Shown here in pieces: positions 30,401 through 39,774 of a DNA stretch of 64,000 bases. The first letter of the stretch is position 1, and every line of letters begins with the position of its first letter. The translations under genes and the position numbers were made by a program. The notes below the pieces were generated by a model that made no database searches, was not told the DNA's origin, and was given only the letters and a program-made list of their open reading frames with translations. This stretch comes from Bigelowiella natans CCMP2755 (taxonomy: Eukaryota > Protista > Cercozoa): positions 62,001 to 126,000 of the forward strand of contig ADNK01000550.1 of assembly GCA_000320545.1 (NCBI GenBank). The letters run 5' to 3'.

Positions 30401-30794
30401 AGTGGTCTGTTTGAATAGTGTGTGTAAAACACACACGAAGAAATAGAAGTTTCTTTTTTTTACAGGTACCCCCTTCAAATGCATGGTAGTAAAATCCAGG
30501 CGATTTCGTGTATATTTAGGGTCGCATTTGTTCAAAACAAAACAAAATGTCGATGTACCCCCTTTTTGTATGACTACGTAGTTGTAGAACTTTTACATGA
30601 ACGCAGGGCGTTTTGTTTTAGTCGCATGCAATGTCTGGCAATTCGCGGATTTTGAGCCGATGGTGACGTGATTTTAGGTGAAAATTTTTACCTGCTTTGT
30701 ACAACACATACTTGCACATTGGAATGCTTTTTCCATAATTCAAAAGTCGACGCACAGGCATAGATCCTGCAGCTAGGACACACTCAAACGTACC

Positions 30795-32846
30795 ATGGTC
30801 ATCATTCCGGACATACCCACCATGAACAAGTTTGATCGGATTAATACCAACAAGGACATTGACAAGACCACCAAGCAGAAAGTGCTTCCGACGATCGTGC
30901 GGAACAAACGCAAAGTAGCTGACTCATGGATGCCACGGATCTTAGGAAACAAGCACGAAAATTGCAGATACTGCCTAAAACACATCGAAAAAGGATCCGA
31001 GGAAGCAAAGACGATGACTTTTGGGACATGTACTGATTGTCCGGTGTATTGCTCTGCAACGGGCTGTCCGATGCTAGCAGACAATTCATTAGGCAAATAC
31101 GGGACCTTCTTTTCTGGAATGTGCATTCATCACAGCAAACTGATGACAAAGAAAGGACGCCAACACAACTGGGCCCCACAATGTGCCATTCGCAAACACG
31201 TCAATCCCTTCCCTCTCCCAAAACTAGAATCGATTCAAATGAAAAAGACCGAGGCTGAATTGTCAGAAAAATTCCGTTCCACAGCGTATCAGCAACTCAA
31301 AGATCTCATGTTAAGGAAAATGATGGAAAAACTGCAACTCGACCACTTCAAACAAGTGTGCAATCCGGATGCAGACGAAAACGACCCGAGCATGTTGCTT
31401 GGGGATGCCCCCAGTTACGAAATTAAAGAGTGCATTGACAACGCAACTAAATGCACACTGCGGCGTGGCAATAGGCACGGATTTAGCACGGCCACCAAAA
31501 TAGATGTAGTTGTTGACATAGAACTTGAATTTTTAGCTACTATCAACAAGCCGGACCAAGGTACAAAGGCAGAAACAACTGTAGTTCACAACGCAGCAGA
31601 CATGTTCAAGTCCTGCTACAAAGGAGAGCTCGAGGATCTTAGCAAATGCGACGACCGGACTTTCAAAATATCTCTTAACAAAAGCTTTAGTGCTCCGAAT
31701 GCCAGAATAGACAAAATCAACAAGAACAAACTGGTCATCCGCATCAACGATGACGCCATTGCTGAGCTCAACGATCAGGTGCGCCAAAAGTGCAAGGTGC
31801 TGACTTCAAGAGCTAACGACGACATGTCAACTATCAACGTGAAACTCCTTAAACACAATGCGACGTTGCGACACGCATCGTTGCGACCAAAATTACATGC
31901 ATCAGTGTTCAACATACCGTTGCTTGACTGTGAAGAGAAAGACGAAGCCGATTCTTCGCAAGATGTGACTGATTTTGATACGAAGATTGACACCATAGAA
32001 AAGGAAAACATCAAACGCAGAAAAAGCACCGGCGACAACAACAAGTCTGGAGACCATGACAATGCCTGGAAGTTTAGACCCTACCACAAATTCGTGCAAA
32101 AAGCACACTGTCTGCAGAACATTGGGACAAAGAGAGCACTTCAAAACGGCAACGTCAAAATAGAAACTGTATTTGATTCGCAAACAAATCAATATGTGCC
32201 ACCAGTGCCAGACCCAAAAGCGGTTAAGGGCAGAAAACGCAAATTGCGGAATTGCAAACGAAGACGAATGAACGGCAAGTCGCACACAGGACTCAAGGAG
32301 AACGTAAATTGTGCAATTGCAGTGTCAGAAATACCCTTCTCTATGATGACCTGCGTCAATGGGGCATTGCTGCAACACTCTCTCATTTCAGAAATCGAGG
32401 TGTCGTTTGTTGCTACAGCCCCATGCGCGACCAAAAAAAGAAAAGTATCAAGAACTGTCAACAAAAAGGACTGCTTAGACACGTGTCGATGGGGCGATTC
32501 CATGTTAGGTGCGTGTGCGGTCAACATCGACGATGCAACTATGTTGATAGACAAAACCTGGAATGTCATTCAAATGGCATCCAAAGCAATCTTGCACAAT
32601 TTAGTTGTGTCGCGCAAGAAGAAATGCAACAGCCGATTTGCAGAAGAACTAAAAGATACAACCTCTGACTTTTTAGTGGACGATTTGTTGCAGTGCGGTG
32701 ACATAGTCGATTTGCGTGCTCCAAAACCGGAGAACGTGTTTAATGACTTGTTAGATTGCTGGCAGAATGACGTTGAGCTTTGGGATATGTTCAGAAACTA
32801 CATTAACAAAATTATCGACAAACACGTGCATGTGTCAATCATGTAA
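30795..32846 (+). CDS. Hypothetical protein with Cys-rich N-terminus, LxCxE motif and NLS-like stretches
   Basis: CRYC..CTDC..CSATGC..CIHH; LDCEEKDEADSS; KGRKRKLRNCKRRR. Confidence 0.75.
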   Translation: MVIIPDIPTMNKFDRINTNKDIDKTTKQKVLPTIVRNKRKVADSWMPRILGNKHENCRYCLKHIEKGSEEAKTMTFGTCTDCPVYCSATGCPMLADNSLGKYGTFFSGMCIHHSKLMTKKGRQHNWAPQCAIRKHVNPFPLPKLESIQMKKTEAELSEKFRSTAYQQLKDLMLRKMMEKLQLDHFKQVCNPDADENDPSMLLGDAPSYEIKECIDNATKCTLRRGNRHGFSTATKIDVVVDIELEFLATINKPDQGTKAETTVVHNAADMFKSCYKGELEDLSKCDDRTFKISLNKSFSAPNARIDKINKNKLVIRINDDAIAELNDQVRQKCKVLTSRANDDMSTINVKLLKHNATLRHASLRPKLHASVFNIPLLDCEEKDEADSSQDVTDFDTKIDTIEKENIKRRKSTGDNNKSGDHDNAWKFRPYHKFVQKAHCLQNIGTKRALQNGNVKIETVFDSQTNQYVPPVPDPKAVKGRKRKLRNCKRRRMNGKSHTGLKENVNCAIAVSEIPFSMMTCVNGALLQHSLISEIEVSFVATAPCATKKRKVSRTVNKKDCLDTCRWGDSMLGACAVNIDDATMLIDKTWNVIQMASKAILHNLVVSRKKKCNSRFAEELKDTTSDFLVDDLLQCGDIVDLRAPKPENVFNDLLDCWQNDVELWDMFRNYINKIIDKHVHVSIM

Positions 32847-32850
32847 TTCA

Positions 32851-33690
32851 TCAATAAAAAGGTGCATTTTGTCTTAGATCATTTAAGAAATTATTAGCAA
32901 TGCCCTTTTTTGAATTGGGTGTTTTGGCCTTTCCGTAAAACCTTGATTGTTGGTTGGAATAATACAAATGTTTGCATTGCAACCCCTTCAAAGCATAATC
33001 GCGCTCATGTTTTTTTTTAAATTCTGCACAAGTCACTGCATAGGGCATGGATCTGTGTTTAACTCGTCCATCTTCGCTGACATTGTAGTTTGTTGTACTT
33101 ACTTTAAATGGCACCCCGTATGGGTCCTCGTAAACAAATGTAATTTTTTGTTTCACGGCTTGTTGTGTTGGTATGGGTGGTGGCTTTGGCGTGCTCATTG
33201 ACCTGCTCATTGGCGTGCTCATTGGCACTATTGATTTTATTTTCATATCTTTTCCGGCACCTTGTGCGACCGCTTTTTTCATTGCTGCTTTGTTTTTTTC
33301 TTCTCTCTGCGCTTTTTGGGCGTTCGCTGCTGCTTCTGCTTTGCTCATGTTTGCAATTTGAGACTGAGCATTTTGTGATCCAGCCACTACTGCATCTATT
33401 GGACCCAAACTTAGCATACTTGTAAAACTTGGCACACTTGGCATGTAAGATGATTGTGCTTTTTGCCTTTCTTTTAGCTGTTTGAATTGTTCTAGTGTCA
33501 TGTCTCTGAACAAGTTTTCGCAATGCCTTCGACGCGCACCGTATGCGGCGTCTCCCAAGCTGTTGAGACTGTATTTACCCAATTGGTAACCCAATGATGC
33601 TAGCCCGCTTCCAACGTCGTAAATGGAGTGCGCGGCGTCGTTGCCGAAACCTCCAAGTCCAGCAGCAACCGGGTGTTTGGGATTGTACAT
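32851..33690 (-). CDS. Hypothetical protein
   Basis: Gly/Ala-rich N-terminus; short 12-bp PMST-type repeats. Confidence 0.65.
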   Translation of the reverse strand: MYNPKHPVAAGLGGFGNDAAHSIYDVGSGLASLGYQLGKYSLNSLGDAAYGARRRHCENLFRDMTLEQFKQLKERQKAQSSYMPSVPSFTSMLSLGPIDAVVAGSQNAQSQIANMSKAEAAANAQKAQREEKNKAAMKKAVAQGAGKDMKIKSIVPMSTPMSRSMSTPKPPPIPTQQAVKQKITFVYEDPYGVPFKVSTTNYNVSEDGRVKHRSMPYAVTCAEFKKKHERDYALKGLQCKHLYYSNQQSRFYGKAKTPNSKKGIANNFLNDLRQNAPFY

Positions 33691-33780
33691 GTTGTGATTA
33701 TTGATTAGGTGTTTCTTTTGCACTTTGGTTGCAAATCGTAAAAATTACTCAAGGCACACAAAAAAAAATTGTTATGTGCT

Positions 33781-35364
33781 TCATGCATGACTGATGTCAT
33801 TTTCTTGATTTGTTCTGACTCGCATTTCGACAAATGGTTCGGTGTCTGCTTCAGACAACAAGTGTCGCAAGGTTTCCATTGTTTTTGGGGATGATGTTTG
33901 GGGGGTAGGGCTGTTGCAATTACGGTCGAAAGTAGGATTACGAAACCACATCGCGGTGGACATTTGCGTGACCGGAATGACCCTTGCAGTCAGACATGGT
34001 GCAAACATCTGATAGTCATTGTACCGTGTTTGAATGCAACCACTCAACCCTGGTAAAGCGTACCTCATTCGCCCAGGCGGTAGGGTGTCACTGCATTTGC
34101 AACCACACAAAGTGTCTCTGCGGTGCATTTGTTTGCGGTCAAACACCATTCTCGTATGTTTTGTGTCCATGCAAGCGTGCGTTGTCTGCGTGTCAATGCT
34201 GCCACATGGAGTATTGGACATGCTACCAAATTCTTCGGCTGCGATCGCCGGATTCCGAATGAAATCATTTTTCCCGGGTTGGGCACCATAAATGTGCCCG
34301 AATCTGAGACCGCACAGCCTGCAAAACTGGTCCATGCTCATGTCTATGCGAAGACATTCACCCATTAGATACAACACTATTCTGCCCTTTGTAAACGCGG
34401 TGCTGTCTTCAAATCTACGACGCCGTAATGTGAGACGGAGATTTGTTACCAATGTTCTTTCTTGGGTTTTGGTGTCATCAGTGGATTCAACCTCAACATC
34501 TTCGCGTTTCCACACCACAGTGTATGCCTCTGTAGCACCAATGTGCATGTCAAACACGCGTTTAATGTTTTGCAGCATGCTGTGTGAGGGCAACGAGCAA
34601 CACGTGTCCATTGCCGTTTGCAAGCTTCGAATGAGGTCGGCGCGCAGCAACACCGAGCACGATGTACCGTAAAGCATGGTCTTGAGTAAGTTCTTGTGAT
34701 TGGTCTTGACTTCGGTTTCAAAGCGGGTGGTCTCTTGACCTTTAGGTCCTTCTTTAACATCAACCTCATTTGAAGAAGTTGAAACCGGGCTGATGTTCAT
34801 TTTCTGATCCCACTCGATCCCTAATTTTTGCTCGTCCTTGTTGTTCTGCCGGTCGTGTCGTATGAATCGACCAATGTGACGTATGGCTTGAATCATTGAA
34901 TAAGTCACCTGGTGCATCCGCTGGACCACATCACGAAGCATGATGTTTGGCCGTAGATCAGCGATTGTCAGGCGCTGTCGAGTTACTGGCGATGTCTCTG
35001 ATCGATCACTAACCCATCGCTCGATTGCGGCTTTCTCGTAACTTGTGCCCGACGTCGGGTCCAGGAGGGGGTTCTTCACTGGGCGCTGTGTGATGGAGCA
35101 ATTCGTCACCTCGTTCAGCATCAAATTGTACAATTTTCCCGCCTCGATACCGGTTTGTATCTTGTTTTTCATCATCATCAGAGTTTGAAAATGTATATAA
35201 ATGTCATTGGTCAAACGCTCATCCTCAATGGTGTGCTCGTAATTCAACATTTGCTTTGCATCATTCATTGCGTAAATCGCGTCCATGCCAAGATCTGGTG
35301 GCGAAGGAGAACGTGAATCAAGGGAAGGAAAGTGTGGAACCCACTGAGCACTGGGTGTTGTCAT
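33781..35364 (-). CDS. U-box protein (putative E3 ligase)
   Basis: CSITQRPVKNP..GTSYEKAAIERW..TSPVTRQRL..LRPN. Confidence 0.85.
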   Translation of the reverse strand: MTTPSAQWVPHFPSLDSRSPSPPDLGMDAIYAMNDAKQMLNYEHTIEDERLTNDIYIHFQTLMMMKNKIQTGIEAGKLYNLMLNEVTNCSITQRPVKNPLLDPTSGTSYEKAAIERWVSDRSETSPVTRQRLTIADLRPNIMLRDVVQRMHQVTYSMIQAIRHIGRFIRHDRQNNKDEQKLGIEWDQKMNISPVSTSSNEVDVKEGPKGQETTRFETEVKTNHKNLLKTMLYGTSCSVLLRADLIRSLQTAMDTCCSLPSHSMLQNIKRVFDMHIGATEAYTVVWKREDVEVESTDDTKTQERTLVTNLRLTLRRRRFEDSTAFTKGRIVLYLMGECLRIDMSMDQFCRLCGLRFGHIYGAQPGKNDFIRNPAIAAEEFGSMSNTPCGSIDTQTTHACMDTKHTRMVFDRKQMHRRDTLCGCKCSDTLPPGRMRYALPGLSGCIQTRYNDYQMFAPCLTARVIPVTQMSTAMWFRNPTFDRNCNSPTPQTSSPKTMETLRHLLSEADTEPFVEMRVRTNQENDISHA

Positions 35365-35533
35365 AATTACAAGCACTCATAAGCAGGAAACTCTCATGGC
35401 CCTGTGAACAATTTTTTTTGCAATCATAAATACTTCATGTACAACAGAATAATTGCATCCGTTTTTAAGGTAAAAACATGTCATTTTTGCATCCAGTTTT
35501 CAGAAAAGCGTCGTTTACAACTCACACACAGTG

Positions 35534-36952
35534 ATGATGCACACTCCTAAAGTTCCTGAAGATGAATATGATTATGAACCCTTTTATGACACCTCCAATC
35601 ACAAGACGAAATGGCAGGTGTGTGATTTCTGTGCACCCCTACACGAGGGTGATGCCAAGCATTTTGCTTGCAGTACGATGGATGCAGGACCTTGCGAAAT
35701 GCCAATCGGTACCGATCCTGTGCAGATGGCAACGCATGAAGCACGCGAGCAGAAGGAGGAGTGCTCAAGAAACAGTCTTGTGAGTGACGAGGACCTCATC
35801 GATTTAAAAAAGTATTACAACAATTACAGGCACAAACACCTGATGCACCACAAATTGCGTTCGGTCTTCAAACGACTAGGAACTAAGCAAAGGACCATTA
35901 GTTGGTTCAAGGTTCGCAAGACCAAAATAACAGCATCACAGTTCGCGGCTTGTCTGGGATGTGAAAAGGTAAAAAAATCATCCCGACATGGGTATGCCTA
36001 TCGTTTTAAATCAAGGTACCGGAACGAGAAGAAACTTCTAAACAGCAAAGTGGAAGTCATGGAAGAATGTGCAGCGGACTCGCGTTGTGACACAAACAAA
36101 ACACAAAACATGATTCTGAACTGGGGGGTGGTGCACGAGGACGTTGCCCTGAAACGATGCATGGAGTTATGCAATTTGCACATTCTTCACACAAAGGAAG
36201 GAACAGGGAAGAAAAAGAAGATCGTTCCGATCGATTTCGGTCTTCTGGAGCATCCCATACACAAATTCATCGCCGGATCCCCCGACGCAATTACCCTGGA
36301 CGGTGCCATTGTTGAGGTTAAATGCCCGTGGAGCATCCGCAAACGAAAAAAGATAGTCGCAGGGTACGTCCCTGATGAGTATTATTGTCAGATGCAGATT
36401 TTGATGGAAATAACCAACCTCGACAAAGCCTATTTTGTGCAATATGCCCCGGAGACCGTTGTTCATCAAGAATACTTGAGCGTTACGATAGTGAGACGCA
36501 ACAAAGCCTTCTTCGAGAAAACCGTGCTGCCCATAGCTTCCGATTTTCATCAACGATTCATGCACATGATCAAACAAGGTCCGCTCACACAGAGCAAACT
36601 GGTAACCTCCCCAGATGCAAAAGCATCAACACACAAAAAACCACCGAAATCACAAGACAAACTAGACGAACACATATTTAGCACATCGATTGAACGCGCC
36701 ATTCAACACTGTCGCATGGCCAAAACAAAACGTCGACCGGCCGTCTGGCAAGCAGAACTAGACACCGAAAGAAACACAGATGCGGTGCCGAATGGTTTAA
36801 ATCATGAAACGACCACAACAAAGGACAATGCGCCACAGACACCACAACTACGCTTTAGTCGCAAATGGGAGATAACAAGCTACAAAGTGACCGCGTATGT
36901 TGATAAGACTAAAGGCGAGCACAACCAATTTGTGGATTTTGGCTGCCTTTAA
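35534..36952 (+). CDS. YqaJ-like (lambda-type) exonuclease
   Basis: QRT..WF..R..ITAS, WGVVHE, GSPDAI, EVKCP, YYCQMQ. Confidence 0.9.
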   Translation: MMHTPKVPEDEYDYEPFYDTSNHKTKWQVCDFCAPLHEGDAKHFACSTMDAGPCEMPIGTDPVQMATHEAREQKEECSRNSLVSDEDLIDLKKYYNNYRHKHLMHHKLRSVFKRLGTKQRTISWFKVRKTKITASQFAACLGCEKVKKSSRHGYAYRFKSRYRNEKKLLNSKVEVMEECAADSRCDTNKTQNMILNWGVVHEDVALKRCMELCNLHILHTKEGTGKKKKIVPIDFGLLEHPIHKFIAGSPDAITLDGAIVEVKCPWSIRKRKKIVAGYVPDEYYCQMQILMEITNLDKAYFVQYAPETVVHQEYLSVTIVRRNKAFFEKTVLPIASDFHQRFMHMIKQGPLTQSKLVTSPDAKASTHKKPPKSQDKLDEHIFSTSIERAIQHCRMAKTKRRPAVWQAELDTERNTDAVPNGLNHETTTTKDNAPQTPQLRFSRKWEITSYKVTAYVDKTKGEHNQFVDFGCL

Positions 36953-37105
36953 ATGGCACACCGCGCGCACATGCATGTGCTGCGGACCAGATGTATTTTG
37001 CTATTGTACACGCTAAATTTTATTTACAATAATTATTCACATTGCATTCCCTTCATTATTTGTACATTGGTTTGCTAAAGGCATATTGCCATCTACTAAA
37101 CTAAA

Positions 37106-38566
37106 CTAAACTAAACGCATGCCGTTGTAATCTGCTACTAATTCCTCTCCATTTCTTATGTTTCGAGTGGCTACAAAGATGACACTTTTGAACATTTTGT
37201 TTGTAATTGGATTAAGCCGAATCGCGTGGCGTGTTCGACAATTCTTCATTTTAACTGATTCATTACCATCCACTATGAAACACCCAACTGCAGTCCCTAT
37301 TGGAAGGCGGCTTGGATTTTGAAACATCAAAGACGCATCTATGAACGAATTGTTGCCTCCGGATATGATGTGCTTGTGATGATTCTGTCGTTTCATCTCC
37401 ATGGCAGTGCGCCAACTTAGCTCTACCCCGAAGAACTTGGTGATGATGTCGCCATACTGCAAGTCTCGTGAAGCATAAAGTCCCATCTTTCCTTCGTTAT
37501 CAAGCATGATGGAAAGCCCCATGTGATTCGAGCACTCACAAATGCCATTCCATCGCACCGCCAGATTAGATTTCATATTTCTCACCATGTAATCACCAGG
37601 AAACTTTTGCATCTGCTGTTCTCCTTGAAACACACTTGTATTGGTGGTGTAGTACGCATCCTCGCAGTGTGGTATGAGTGGTAATGATTTCGAATCGTCA
37701 CTCACATCCATGAAACCAGGGGTAGTTGTGTTCAGTATTCCCATTTCAGCGAACCAATCATTAACCTCCTCATCATCTTCGCCTACCGTGATCGGAAACA
37801 AACTATTCGTGACGTCCCACTGATTCCTCAGTTCATTTATGCTCTCAAGATCGTACACAGTCTGAAGATTTGTTGCATTCTTTGTGATGATTTCAGTCAT
37901 AAAGGGCGTGAACGAATTGCGTTCCACAGACACCGGATTCGACAAAAAGGGTGCTGGGCACTTTTTCCGTCTGGTGTAATCAAAGTATACCTCCTCTCCT
38001 TTCTTTATGTATCTGTTCGCAACCAAGACAAGATGTGTTTCGTTTTCGCTGAGCTTCACGTTGCAATTGCACAAAGCCGGTGCACACGAAAAATCATTGA
38101 CATATCCTCCGACGTGATCTCCGGGCAAAAGTCTGTTTAAATTACGAGGTGTGCTCTCGAAGCAGTCGATGTACAGCAACCCCGTCAGCCAAAAACAGTA
38201 ACCATCGCTGTTCGCATTCTTTCGTAGATCAAAGACGTCTTTAGTGATTGTAGTTCCCACTATTTTGGCAACTACATGGCCTTTTTTAATGCCTCTAGTT
38301 GCAAAAAGACCACATCCCGCTCTTTCTAAATTGCTAATTTTAACGTCCAAACCATTCTTGTAAGACGGACAATTCGCAGACTCAGCGCCAAACTTCAGGG
38401 TGCGTTTTTTTGGTTTTGGATGGACACTGTCGCTTGGGGTTTTCGGGGAATCTAATTTTTGTTTTTTTTTGCTTTGTAAGGGACTAAGCAACAAATCCTT
38501 TAGTTTGCGTTTAGGCGGGGGCTTTAAAGTAGCACCTGGCCCTGCTCGGCTGACCTTGCGTTCCAT
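37106..38566 (-). CDS. Tandem double SET-domain protein
   Basis: GCGLFATRGIKKG...YVND...GEEVYFDY, then MGLYASRDLQYG...GEELVADY. Confidence 0.85.
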   Translation of the reverse strand: MERKVSRAGPGATLKPPPKRKLKDLLLSPLQSKKKQKLDSPKTPSDSVHPKPKKRTLKFGAESANCPSYKNGLDVKISNLERAGCGLFATRGIKKGHVVAKIVGTTITKDVFDLRKNANSDGYCFWLTGLLYIDCFESTPRNLNRLLPGDHVGGYVNDFSCAPALCNCNVKLSENETHLVLVANRYIKKGEEVYFDYTRRKKCPAPFLSNPVSVERNSFTPFMTEIITKNATNLQTVYDLESINELRNQWDVTNSLFPITVGEDDEEVNDWFAEMGILNTTTPGFMDVSDDSKSLPLIPHCEDAYYTTNTSVFQGEQQMQKFPGDYMVRNMKSNLAVRWNGICECSNHMGLSIMLDNEGKMGLYASRDLQYGDIITKFFGVELSWRTAMEMKRQNHHKHIISGGNNSFIDASLMFQNPSRLPIGTAVGCFIVDGNESVKMKNCRTRHAIRLNPITNKMFKSVIFVATRNIRNGEELVADYNGMRLV

Positions 38567-38920
38567 TGGCTGTGCTTAAAAGAAGACAAGAGTCTGCGGT
38601 GCGATGAAACAATTTTACCGGGGAATGAAGATAGGGAAGGAGAAAGGGGAGGGAGGTCGGTCGGAGTCCTGACAGTGTGTTGCGTGAGCTTTTGAATTGT
38701 GATCAAACTGATCAAATTTCTAATTACGTGCATTTTTAGAAGTTATTTATTTTTTACCACTAAATGCAGGCGGTTTTTGCAAAAAATAAACTGTTCAAAA
38801 TTCTCGAATCATCTCGAAATGTCACGGACAAATTCGCGAATACCGAAACACTTTCCCGCCGTTTTTTTAGGAAATGCAGCCTACGTTTTGCTGTTGCGAC
38901 ATTGATCTATTTGATGAATG

Positions 38921-39270
38921 AAAAAATAAAATTATTTATTCGCACGATATGTCTTCCCGCGAAATCTGAGCAAAATGAAATTTATTTATTTCTCTAGAGT
39001 GTAAAACCTAAAGGTATAGGTAGCTTTTGGGTAAAGGTAGCTTTTAAGTGTTTTAGGTAATTTAGGTAATTTTGTATGTAAAGGTAAAAAGTTTAATGTG
39101 ATGTTCTAAAGTTAAAAGTAAACAGTAAAAGTACCTAAAATACCTAAAAGCTACCTTTACCCAAAAGCTACCTATACCTTTAGGTTTTACACTCTAGAGA
39201 AATAAATAAATTTCATTTTGCTCAGATTTCGCGGGAAGACATATCGTGCGAATTAATAATTTTATTTTTT
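38921..39270. repeat. Long inverted repeat (139-bp arms, AT-rich spacer)
   Basis: 38921-39059 is the reverse complement of 39132-39270 with ~3 mismatches. Confidence 0.97.
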
Positions 39271-39334
39271 GAATTTTCACACAAGAAAGCGAAAGACTCT
39301 CCTTCCTTTCTCACACATTCCACATTCCACACTC

Positions 39335-39745
39335 ATGTCCGCAATTGCACCCTCACCGCATGCACGCAATGAGTTCAACAACCCATTAGAAATGAAGGAA
39401 GCAATGAGGCGATTAATGAAAGAAAGAACAACACGCACAATTGTGCGTGAAATCAGGACATGGATAAGCGTGTACGAAGGAAAATCATTGAGTGTGGTGC
39501 CTCCGGACGAACTCATGGATCTCATTGCAACAGGGGATGTGCATGTGTCAGATTTCGTTCAGACTAAAGCTGAGGAGAAGAAGGCCGACAATGGGCACAA
39601 CGCTTTGCTCAAATGGTTTGTCACACATTACACGTGGTGTGTCAAAGTCGTCGGAGGACATTCTGAGCACGTAAATGAACACGGAGATCTAGATCCAGTA
39701 GACCCAAGAGTGATCAATGTTGTTAACTTTGCTGATGAAATGTAA
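39335..39745 (+). CDS. Hypothetical protein
   Basis: ATG ORF after the inverted repeat. Confidence 0.65.
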   Translation: MSAIAPSPHARNEFNNPLEMKEAMRRLMKERTTRTIVREIRTWISVYEGKSLSVVPPDELMDLIATGDVHVSDFVQTKAEEKKADNGHNALLKWFVTHYTWCVKVVGGHSEHVNEHGDLDPVDPRVINVVNFADEM

Positions 39746-39774
39746 AATCGTCAAACACGCATTCTTGTGAAATT

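Noticed and set aside
35888-35911. QRTISWFK as a PIP box in YqaJ
   Set aside because: It is the family's own QRT..W...R motif, with the aromatics misplaced for a PIP box.
36967-36980. GCACATGCATGTGC palindrome after YqaJ as evidence of a hairpin termination rule
   Set aside because: Short and isolated; I could not find equivalent hairpins behind most genes.
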